Shown: piece by piece, positions 37,370 to 48,021 of the stretch
Layout of the letters: every line of letters starts with the position of its first letter
Numbering within the stretch: the first letter of the stretch is position 1
Assembly: GCF_006345805.1 (NCBI RefSeq)
Contig: NC_042997.1
Location: forward strand, 205,344,001 to 205,408,000
From: Octopus sinensis
Lineage: Eukaryota
DNA: 64,000 nucleotides
Direction of reading: 5' to 3'
The notes under the pieces: generated by a model
What the model was told of the DNA's origin: nothing
Seen by the model: only the letters and a program-made list of their open reading frames with translations
Database searches by the model: none
Position numbers and translations under genes: made by a program

Positions 37370-38600
37370 CAGTTAAAATGCAGTTGGACATGGTTAGTGA
37401 TATCACCATTATAAATGAAAAACCGTGGAAATATGTTGGTAAGCTGAAATTAATTAAATCAAAAAAGGCAGTACATGGTGTAACAGGAAAAAGATTATAT
37501 TTTTTCTGTGAATTTGTATGTAATGTAACATTTCAAGGTCAAATGAAAAAGGCAAAATTTGTGTTAAAAAGTTCAGTTAATTTATTCGGCACAGGGTGGA
37601 TGGAATTATTCAAAGTATGGAATACACCCATAAGTGCTTTGTGTGGAAATATCGTTGGATCAGTCAAAGGTTTGAATGTGGCTGAGGGACTGAAACAAAA
37701 AACTGCAGTAAAACAGAGTGGAACACTGGTATGTAAGCCAAAATGAAACAAAAAATTGCCGACAATAAAATCTAAACATTGGTCTATGGTGAAGACTGCA
37801 CGCCGATTTTGCTGGTCCTTTAAATGGTTCTTACTACTTAGTGGTAGTTGATAGCTTCTCAAGATGGCCTGAAACTATAAAATGTAAAAAAGACCAACCC
37901 CCTCAACTGTGATATATTTTTTACACCCAGACAAGACAATGTCTAACAATGGAATGCATTTTGTGTCTAGTGGATTATAAAAATTTTGTGAAACATTCAC
38001 GGTAGAACATATAAACTACAGTGCAGAACGCTTTGTCATCACCTTCAAGAGAACCCAAAGAAAGTTGAATAAGGAAGTTACAAATGAAGTAGCTCTACAA
38101 CAATTTTTAAGAGTGTACCGTGTGACACCAAATCCAAATACACCAGCCAGTAGCTCACCAGTGGAGCTGATGTTTGCAAGGAAAGTTAAGTCAGTCTTTG
38201 ATAAATTGCTCCCTGGCAAGAAAACAAAACGTGCCAGGGAAGACATAGCAAGACTCTTTAAAGTTGGTGAAAAGGTGTATATGAGGGCATACAAGATTGG
38301 AAAGCAGAGTTGGGAAGATGGCGTAATTACCAAATGAATAGGTAAAAATAATGTATTGGGTAAAAAGTAGAAAAGGCATACAAAAGAGACACAGGAACCT
38401 TCTGAAAAAGAGATTCGTGGAAAGTGAACCAAAGAAGTTGGAGGAGTCAATGGAATGGTTGTATGATACGTTCCAAGTACCAACACCACAGCAGGTGATT
38501 GAACCTAAGCATACAAGTGAGAGGAAAAGAATACAAGTGCCAAAAATATTAAATTGTATGGAAAAAATTTTATGGACTCTGTGTCCATATGAGAGGTCCT
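37370..38600 (+). mobile_element. internally deleted Ty3/Gypsy pol remnant (protease plus integrase)
   Basis: MQLDMVSDITIINEK (aspartic-protease-like), DFAGPLNGSYYLVVVDSFSRWPE and FLRVYRVTPNPNTP...SPVELMF. Confidence 0.8.
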
Positions 38601-39084
38601 CTCAAGGTAAATAAGGCAGTATTTGGTGTTCTAACACAACATTCACATTTAGTTGGATATAAAGATTGCCTTTTGGTATTAATACTGCTTCTGTTGCTAT
38701 TACTTTTAATTGCCTTAATTTAAGTTGTCTCAATGTATGGTACCTTCGGAAAGTCTCTTTAACTACAGCCTTAGGCCAAACAAAGCTCTGTGAGTAGGTC
38801 TGGTAGGCAGAAAATGAAATAAGCCTCCCCAATACACAATCAACCTAGACAACTCACAGGCACCGTCTACCTTGGTTTCCTTCATTCAATCGTTTCAGAA
38901 AAACAGTAGAATGATTATTTCTCTCTCCATCATTTTTTCCATATTCTTCACCAGTTTCATGAACTAAAGTCCCTCTTTCAAGACATCACAAGATGGCAAT
39001 GTGCTTCTATGAAAGTAGACTCTATTCCAAAACTAATATGCATTTTCATTCTCAAATGTTTCTTCTATTTCAATATTGGTTTAC

Positions 39085-39900
39085 AAAGTGCTATCAAAAA
39101 CTTTCCGGACTAATCATGTTCAATAAAAAATAACTTTTTTGCCTATGTTTTAAAAATCATTTTCTTTGAAATAGTTACCTTGCACAGCAATAAACTGCAC
39201 AGCAGATCGAGGACCTTCAACAGTTTACTCTGAATCATGACAATGGTATTAAAATAGCAACCTTTGATTGCCTCTTCATTTGGGGAATAGATGGAAGTCA
39301 ACAGGTGGTAAATAGGGTAGGGAGGAGAGCTTGATGGGATGCAATGTAGTCATGAAGAATCCTTGTTTGGGCCCTTTATTAGCAGTGTCACCGTTCTTCG
39401 ACTCACAGAATTGGAAATTCTCCTATTCTTCAGCCAGTCATGGTAGATATCTGCTGAAAGACCACCAAATAAGTGTGGCATATAAAGTAAAGACCATAGA
39501 GCAGACCATCCAAATCAAGCAATTTGCACCTCCCCCACCTATGCAACCCATTATCACATCCCATATTTTTGCAGCTGTTATCAACATTTTGTAAGGCTAT
39601 GCCCCACTTACCAAGAGTTATGGTATGTCTGCAAGGTAAGCACTGAAATTCATCCTGCGTTCTGGACTGCCATTCATTCCAAACTGTTGGGTGAAGTGCT
39701 GTTGAAATGCCACACACCTCTGCTTGGGTTCGAATACCATGTACCCCATTTTGGTCCACCAAAAACCAAATTGTGGCTTTGTTGCTAGTATTGGAGCTCT
39801 GCCACTGAGGTCCATTGGATGATTTTCATTCTGACTTGTCTCAGTGCAAGCATTTTAGCTCTGACAATGCAACTTTTGTGTTTAGCATTGAAGAAGTGAC
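39085..39900 (-). mobile_element. degraded mariner-like element
   Basis: TIR-like ATCAAAAACTTTCCGGACT and a remnant LLHD...DFHLFPQMK-like stretch; heavily mutated. Confidence 0.45.
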
Positions 39901-40049
39901 CCAGGGGCCAATCTCACAGCCAGTATGTCAGTTATGATACATTTTCTAATTGCCTTTTCTAAGTTTCTAATTTCCCTTCTATTTTATTTCTTTCTAACAC
40001 TAATCTTTACTGGCAATTGATTTTACTCTAACTGGTCTTTTCAGTGCAA

Positions 40050-41420
40050 GCTACCATGTGTTGTCGATGATTGCCCCTGTCAATGCTTAACTAATTCTTT
40101 AATCCAGTCTCTGTAAGCCTGACATGCCAACAGTGACACATTCAGCTCCCAGTAGCCGAGTTCCTGCCTTCTTAAGCCTATCTAGGTCAACTGTAGAAAT
40201 CATACATACGTGGTCGATGTAGCCAATGATTTTTAAAAGTGGACAACTTACACTATCCTTATCTACTGACCTACAGAACATCCTGTCAAGATGCGATCTG
40301 AATGACCTGATGCGATTCATCCAAAATCCATACTGGCACTTTCAATAAATCCAGTCGGTACCTATCAGACAAATACAAACATGGAATGGACATGTTTAGA
40401 GGAGATTTTTGTTTTTTTGCTAAGAATAAAGTTCATGTTTTGGCAAATTCTGATGCTGTTGCTTTTGCTACTCCCTGGCATATTAAAGCCATAGACGTTT
40501 GTGAGTTCTCTGTTCTGTTTGTTGCTGTTGTTCTTGTTGTCAGTGTTGCTGTGATTGCTGTTGCAGTTGCTTTTATATCCATAGTAGTCACTTGCATCTG
40601 CTGTTGTGGTTGTGGTGGTAGTGGTGATGGTGTTGGCAGAAGTGAGGGTCTCCCTTCTCTCATTTGTTGTGGGCAGAAAACCTTTAGATGATTTGTGTCC
40701 CCACATAGGTGACACATCAGATTTCTACCTTCGAAGGGTATCTGGAGTTTGGTGTCATGTGGTAAATTTATGATGTCCAGAATTGTTTAAGTTTTGTAAT
40801 CTATTTGCACCCACAACTCTAAGTCTTGCCCAACTTTCCACACACGTACGATGTTTGTTTGACCCTCAATGTCCAGAAGGACAACTGCCACCAACCAGCA
40901 GATGTTTATTTCTGGTGGTATGTCTGCAGTTTTTATTTTCACCACTCTCTAACCCAAGTATATGGGTAACAGAAGCAGGTTTCATTTTTTAGGTTCAAAG
41001 TGAAGTGCTTCCTTGCCTTCTCCTGTCAGAAAAATTTCACCTCTACGGTGCCATATCTCTTCCCTCTTGCAACACAAGTTTGTTTGTGTCCTAAACTGGA
41101 TGTAGACACTTTTCCATTTGATGTTGCATCATTCATTCTTATCGATGACTTTTAACTCCTATTGTTTTATGGGCTTTTGTTTCTCTCAGTGTGTCCTGTA
41201 CGATGGCTTCGAGAGCGTTAAGGGTTACCATTCTTCTATTACTTAACACATCAATCCTTGCCTCATGAAGTGGAAGTAAGTAAAAGAAAATGTTCAGATA
41301 ATCAACTCTTGTTTGTCCAACCTGGCATACATCTAATCCTCGTTTTGTACTGCTAATTATAATTACTACAAGCAGAGGTACTTGGGGTTGCAAAGGGTTT
41401 GAATGCTTCGTCATTCTAAG
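40050..41420 (-). mobile_element. degraded LINE ORF1 (CCHC knuckle), possibly with start of APE
   Basis: IPFEGRNLMCHLCGDTNHLKVFC (Cx2Cx4Hx4C); broken frames upstream. Confidence 0.55.
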
Positions 41421-41954
41421 AACACTTATTTTCTAGTCTAACAACTTGGGCTGCCAAAGCTTTTTTGAAAAATGTATAGAATTCCATACCAAAATGTACC
41501 AAAATTCACAAAAATGTACAAAATATTTTTGAAATATGTCACAACTGCAAAGACAGAGAAAAATACTGGTTTTTCTTTGGAAATTTGAAACATATGGGTA
41601 TATAATGACTTGAAATTGATGAAAATACATATAAAAAAGAAAGACTATCGAATGGCATGCTGTTCTTCATTCTCTGCAGCTCACGTGGCTGCAGTTGATG
41701 TAGCATCCCTATTACAAAGAATAATGTGCTGTGACTGACTCAGGTTTGTGTGTAATGAAGCTGTTAATGCAGCATTTCTGATCAGGCAACTGCTACTCTG
41801 CCCCTCGCTTCCATGGCTCTCGCATTGGCTGTGTAAGCAGCATTTTGTGAATGTCTTAGTGCAGTCCCGTGTGAGGATTCATTTGCTCTCCTTCTCTTTA
41901 ATGTCTCTGCTCTGACCAGTTTTGTGACCAATACGAGCTCTTTTCTAAGGTGGC

Positions 41955-42190
41955 ATTCATCATCATCATCATCATCATCGTTTAGCATCCGCTTTCCATG
42001 CTAGCATGGGTTGGACGGTTCAACTGGGGTCTGGGAAACCAGAAGGCTGCACCAGGCCCAGTCTGATCTGGCAATGTTTCTACAGCTGGATGCCCTTCCT
42101 AACGCCAACCACTCTGTGAGTGTAGTGGGTGCTTTTTACGTGCCAGGCGAGGCTGGCAACGGCCACGATCGAATGGTGCTTTTAACGTGC
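41955..42190 (-). mobile_element. RTE 3' tail with (GAT)n
   Basis: Reverse complement of 17720-17895. Similar tails at about 26720-27010, 27550-27720, 29370-29660, 32750-33010 and 45080-45270. Confidence 0.85.
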
Positions 42191-42500
42191 CAACATATAA
42201 GTGAGAATTTGTCAGAAAGCCTCATCACATCTTCCCCTCTCATTCGGAACTTCTACTACAAAATACAATGATTAAGTATGGAATTAACTCCAACAGGGCC
42301 AATGTTTCATCTGTAAACAAACACAATGTGACAAATCCACTTATAAGTTGGCAATTACTAGAAATTTACAATTGTTTAAAGTGGCCAAAGACTTTTGCAC
42401 AGTACTATATTTTTGTTTCTATTTCCTTCCTTTGTTGCAGAATATTTTTTTCGATGAATTCCAAAAATATCAACATAAAACAACAAATACATCAACCAAC

Positions 42501-42728
42501 CTTTACTATTTCTGTGTCTTCTTCAGGTAAAACCACAAAGTAAACATCTTTGATCTGGCTTGATTTTTGATCCAAGTAGTTTTTCACTGCTTCATACATT
42601 GTTCTGGGTAGTTTTTCAATGGGGTATTTCATTTCAGCCCCTAATATAGGAAATGCCAGGCTTTTTGCACCCATTCTCTCAGCTTCTTCCAGACAAATGG
42701 TCATTATTTGAGTCAAGTTTGCCAGAAT
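42501..42728 (-). CDS. macrodomain module B exon 3
   Basis: 228 nt open, AG/GT: ILANLTQIMTICLEEAERMGAKSLAFPILGAEMKYP...VYFVVLPEEDTEIVK. Confidence 0.92.
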
Positions 42729-43201
42729 CTAATAAAATATAATTGTTTAGTAATTGTTAATGAACATTTTATTAAATTATTTTCTTATTACAGGAAGAAA
42801 CCATTAAGTTGTAATAAATATATCCTCCTCTCACTCCTACCACTTCTAAACACATCTGTCATTCCTATCACTCTTTAGTCCTGCAAGGGACAAGGCAACC
42901 TCACTCATGATGCTGCTACAATAAAACAGACCCCATCCACCGTGTAAAATGGTTGGTGAATGAAGAGAGACAATGCAGACCCAAGAGGAGTCTTTAGTGT
43001 TGTTGAGGACATGACAACCTCTCTAGTGCTCGTGCCATGACAGAGAAAAACTCACCAATACAGACAGTAAAACACAGAAATATGTTTTAATATAGTCTTA
43101 TTTATCAGTCATATAACTGATACAGATCTATATTTAAGAGATGAGGAATTATGTACATTATTTACATTTGACAGATATTTGTCCTCATCTTATTTGTTGT
43201 T

Positions 43202-43247
43202 AACACAACGTTTCAGCTGATATACCCTCCAGCTTTCATCAGGTGTC
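43202..43247 (-). ncRNA. minimal type-I hammerhead ribozyme motif (inverted copy)
   Basis: gacac-CUGAUGA-a-agcug(10 nt)cagcu-GAAA-cg-UU-guguu. Confidence 0.7.
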
Positions 43248-43306
43248 TTGGGGAAATTTCGAAGCTGGGTTCTCATTCCTAAGGTATTTTTCAATGTTAT
43301 TATTAG

Positions 43307-43368
<62 letters not shown>

Positions 43369-43584
43369 TCACTGTCTCGAATTGAACTCAAAATCTAGGG
43401 ATTAGTAGCCCACACTTTAACCACTATGCCGTATGCCTGTAGGCATACGGCATGGTGATAGAGAGTGCGGGCTACTAACCCCTTTATTCCGAGTTTGATT
43501 CCAGGTAGTGACCTGAATAGTAATAATAATAATAACATCGAAAAATACCTTAGGAATGAGAACCCAGGTTTGAAATTTCCCCAA

Positions 43585-43630
43585 GACACCTGATGAAGGC
43601 TGGAGGGTATATCAGCTGAAACGTTGTGTT
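43585..43630 (+). ncRNA. minimal type-I hammerhead ribozyme motif (dimer type)
   Basis: gacac-CUGAUGA-a-ggcug(10 nt)cagcu-GAAA-cg-UU-guguu; palindromic ACGU in place of helix III. Confidence 0.7.
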
Positions 43631-43734
43631 AACAACAAATAAGATGAGGACAAATATCCGTCAAATGTAATAATATAAATAATGAACATGCATAAGGTTC
43701 TTCTCAATTATTAACTGTTTCAATAAATCAATAT

Positions 43735-43949
43735 CCTTTTTTACTTTAGGCACAAGGCCTGAAATTTTGTAGGAGGGGTCCAGTTGATTAGATTTACCCC
43801 AATACACAACTGGTACTTAATTTATTGACCCAAAAGGATGAAAGGCAGAGTCGACATTGGTGGAATTTGAACTCAGAATGTAAAGACAGATGAAATATTG
43901 CTAAGCATTTCGCCCAGCATCCTAACATATCTGCCAGCTCACCGCCTTC
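43735..43949 (-). mobile_element. third-family SINE with 14-bp target duplication
   Basis: CAATAAATCAATAT at 43721-43734 and 43950-43963; the element is absent from the paralogous intron near 28640. Confidence 0.85.
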
Positions 43950-43981
43950 CAATAAATCAATATAATATGATTGATACTTAC

Positions 43982-44209
43982 TGAATCAGAGGAATTTTTA
44001 TCCCAGGAACGTAATGCCAGATGAAATACATTCTTACATTTGAGGCAATATCCTTTAGTGATGGCAATTTCAGACGTAGAAATACCTCGAGGATATTTCT
44101 GGTTACATTCATCTTGTATCTCTAGACAAGCAGCATTGAGAATAGATTTGGAGACAGCACCACTGTCAAGCTGGAGTTCTTCATTGCTGCTGTTAACGAT
44201 GACATCAAC
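43982..44209 (-). CDS. macrodomain module B exon 2
   Basis: 228 nt open: VDVIVNSSNEELQLDSGAVSKSILNAACLEIQDEC...ITKGYCLKCKNVFHLALRSWDKNSSDS; GTAAGT donor. Confidence 0.92.
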
Positions 44210-44503
44210 CTACAAAAGTAATTAATAATAAACAGCTAAGGAACATTCCATGGAGAGAAGAGAGATACATTGTTGCAGTTGATATTGTTGTTAAGAAAGG
44301 CTCTACAGAATGGCTGTAGTAAGTCTGAGGTTGTTAAAGTTAGCAAAAGATATATTCAAGATATCAGATGTGAAGGAAATAAAATGTTTGAGTTAGATTG
44401 AGAAAACGTTTTAATTAAATGTTTTAATTAACTGTAATGATTCCTCATTTGAAAATGAAATAACAATTAAATATAAATAAGTTACATGAATCTATTTACT
44501 CAC

Positions 44504-44640
44504 AGATGCATTAGAAATTGAATCAATCATTAGGTTTATTTTAATGCCAGCATTTTCTCCAGATGCCACATTAGTTCTGTGTACCACAGAAGAGGGTTCC
44601 TGTTGTGAACCAGGAAGGGATGCTTTCGATGATGCAGTGT
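44504..44640 (-). CDS. macrodomain module B exon 1
   Basis: 137 nt, phase 1-0: TASSKASLPGSQQEP...GIKINLMIDSISNAS; the upstream exon was not located. Confidence 0.85.
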
Positions 44641-45929
44641 CTGAAAAAAATAGACAAATATCAGTGTGTGTGTGTGTGTGTGTGTGTGAGTGTATCTTTT
44701 ACTTGTTTCAGTCATTCGAATGTGGCCATGCTGGGGCACCACCTTGAAGAATTTTTAGTCAAATGAATCAACCCAATACATTAATATTTTAAAGCCAGAT
44801 ACTTATTCTATCAGTCTCCTTTGATAAACCACTAAGTTATGGAAAGTGTGCTCTGGAACCCTATTACCACCATCTTTCTCCCCTCCAGATACTGTCATGC
44901 ACCCTTGCATAAATATGAGGAGGCCATGAGTCTCCCCTATATCCAGACAACTATGTTTGACCCTCTAGCAAACTTTAGAATTTCTACCCAAGGCATCAAG
45001 GCATTTCCCCACCCCAATTCCATTAGGGGTTTTTATCCTTTTCCATTCTTTGCTTTGTTTTGCAAGATACTTGGTGACCTCACCAGTGCTGGTGCCATGA
45101 GAAAAGCACACTGTAAAATGGTTGGCAATATGAAGGGCAACCAGCCAGCCAGCCATAGAAACCATGCCAAAGCTGAGCGTGGAGCCTAAAACAGATCTGG
45201 TGGTCATCAGATCATGTCAAACTGTGTAACCCATGCCAGAATAAATGATTGACATTAAATGAGGATGAGGATAATGATACAGTCCGTGAGTCTGTAAGTC
45301 AGAAAAACACGCACTCGTACATTTTTCAACAGTGTGGGTATATTACTTACTTGTACTTGTGGCAACATTCTCTCTGGGTGGGTTGTGTCGGCTTCTTCTA
45401 CTAATGGAAGAAGTTTCGTGGGGATATGTGGATTTCACAAGCGGTCACCAACAATCCCACATGTGGAGACATCTTGTTTGCCACAGATTGTACGCAGACA
45501 CAGAGACAGAACGACCGAGGAGCCGCCAGTTACTGAAGCATACACTCCAAGGATTTTCACCAGAGCCCTGTCTGCCGGGTTGTGTCCCTAATACCACTCG
45601 GTGTCAGATCAATCCGCCTTGGGTGGCCCTACCAGGAACCGAAGTTCCCGACGGCATAGCTCTGACACTACCCGTTGCCAGTGTCCCCACCATGGAATGG
45701 GCATATTAAGCATAAACTATTCAGTATTATAAATCTATTTCAACCATTCTTACAAAGTTGTTTTGCACCTGATATTGGGTAATTAGGTGATTATCTAAGA
45801 GTGGTTGGTATGGAAAAGTTGCAGTAGCTTTCTGTCAGCAAGTTCCACATCTGGTTTGTGGAAGCTGTGAAAATAATGCATTCCATTTTAATGAATGATC
45901 TGTGCATGTGGGGAGTGTCAGTGCAATAA

Positions 45930-46285
45930 GAGAGTCAAATCCAAGATCTCCTGGTCAAGAACAACACACCATTTGTTTGACAGGCCTCCTACACTCCTGA
46001 CTTGGCACCACGTGACTTTTGGCTCTTCCACAAAATTAAAAACCATGCTAACCATGCTGAAAGAGACACAATTTCAGCTGCGAGAGGAAATGATGTGAAA
46101 AGTAACAACAGAGTTTCATAGTATTCCAGGAAAGGCACTCCAGAAGTGTTACCAGTAGCAACAGAAGGTCTGGGAGAAAATTGTGAACTCCCACTGGGGA
46201 TATTTTGAAGGTGATTAAATAAAATTTGTGAAACGTACAAAGGGATTTTCTGTATGTCTAAAGGTCAGACATCTTCTGAACACAT
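45930..46285 (+). mobile_element. mariner 3' remnant
   Basis: YTPDLAPRDFWLFHKIK and WEKIVNSHWGYFEGD* motifs. Confidence 0.75.
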
Positions 46286-46549
46286 TTTGTTTACGTTTAT
46301 ATTCATATGGTTAAAGTAGCTCAACTGTGTCGTGGACTTTCACTTGTGGTAGTGGAGAGACTGATAGTCAAAGTCCTAATGTTTATAATCCTTTCATATG
46401 GGCCTGAGCATTAAACCTCACCCTTGCAGTTTAGGTTTTAGTTAAGTGTGTGGATGAAGAGAGTTCTTGAATGTAATGCTTTTTCTTGACAAGACATATC
46501 TTTCATCTTCCGCTGCTATTGAACTACTAAGTCTTGCTTTTCTTCAACA

Positions 46550-46935
46550 AGGAGTGGCTGTGTGGTAAGTAGCTTGCTTACGAACCACATGGTTCCTGGT
46601 TCAGTCCCACTGCATAGTACCTTGGGCAAGTGTCTTCTACTATAGCCTTGGGCTAACCAAAGCCTTGTGAGTGGATTTGGTAGACAGAAACTGAAAGAAG
46701 CCCGTCATATATATGTATGTGTGTGTGTGTGTGTGTGTGTATGTTTGTCCCCCCAACATCACTTGACAACTGATACTAGTGTGTTTACGTTCCCATAACC
46801 TAGTGGTTCGGCAAAAGAGACCGATAGAATATGTACTAGGCTTACAAAGAATAAGCCCTGGGGTCGATTTGCTCGACTAAAAGTGGTGCTCCAGCATGGC
46901 CACGGTCAAATGAGTGAAACAAGTAAAAGAGTAAA
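46550..46935 (+). mobile_element. tRNA-derived SINE (5344 family)
   Basis: Aligns along its whole length with 5344-5735. Confidence 0.85.
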
Positions 46936-47411
46936 AAAGTGTAACCATATGTGCCAAGCCAAGTCTGGGCTAGTATGCCTCTCCTGGACCGTTAGCAATG
47001 GTTTTGGGATTGTTAATATGCTGAATAGTAAAGCAAAAGATACAACCCAAACATAAAAGCTCTGTGTTAGGGAACAACAACAACAACAATAATAATAATC
47101 CTTTCGATTATAGGCACAAGGCCTGAAATTTTAAAGGAGGGGGCTTGTCCATCACATCAAAATGAATACTGGTCAGTGCTTGACCAGTATTCATTTTATT
47201 GACCCTGAAAGGATGAAAGGCAAAGTTATTCACAGATGACTGAACTCAGACTGCATAAATGGATGACATGTTGCTAAGCATTTTGTCTGGCGTGCTACTG
47301 ATTCAATGAGCTTCTCACATTACAACAACAACAACAAAATAATAATAATAATAATAATGATAATAATAATAATAATAATAATAATAAAGACCGATGGAAT
47401 ACCATCAGGCA

Positions 47412-47619
47412 TTTTGCCTGACCTGCTAACAATTCTGCTAGTTCGCTACCTAAATCATCATCATCATCATCATCATTTAGCGTCCGTTTTCCATGCTAGC
47501 ATGGGTTGGACGGTTCTACTGTCCAACCCATGCTAGCATGGAAAACGGACGCTAAATGATGATGATGATGATGATGATTTAGGTAGCGAACTAGCAGAAT
47601 TGTTAGCAGGTCAGGCAAA

Positions 47620-47620
<1 letters not shown>
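47412..47620. repeat. perfect 100-bp-arm inverted repeat, 9-nt spacer
   Basis: 47412-47511 is the exact reverse complement of 47521-47620, including the same number of ATC units. Confidence 0.95.
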
Positions 47621-47650
<30 letters not shown>

Positions 47651-48021
47651 GCCGTGTGTTGAAAGGAATTCTTGGAGGTTTGGATAATTCACCTTTGGAA
47701 ACATGGGTGGATCGTTCAACATCCTTAAACAACCCTTATTCAGAGACCTTTTGAGCGGGATGGGCTACTCAACCTGAAGAAAATTCTAACTGGGCCCCAG
47801 CTGCAATGTCATGTGCTGTTTATCTTGATAGGAGATCACCATGTCGCGTACATATGCTTGTGCCTGGTGTACCCTTATCAGATGGGTACTCACGATGGGT
47901 ATACTGGGCTTCGTATATTTTACCACAGTGTCACTTTGATGGCATGTACTGCTCTCTCACTCGATAATGATAATGATAATAATAATAATGATAATAATAA
48001 TAATGATAATAATAATAATAA

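Larger units (their letters stand above)
43128..43685. mobile_element. head-to-head pair of tRNA-headed, hammerhead-containing SINE-like elements
   Basis: Inverted arms centred on 43439-43440. Each arm has a tRNA-like head, (AAT)n and a minimal hammerhead (43202-43247 minus, 43585-43630 plus). Confidence 0.8.

Noticed and set aside
38860-39010. Possible minus-strand exon (HETGEEYGKND...)
   Set aside because: Weak splice sites, wrong entry phase and no homology.
43447-43512. tRNA-like sequence with ACT in the anticodon position
   Set aside because: It lacks a proper acceptor stem and is fused to a repeat body, so it is a SINE head and not a tRNA gene.
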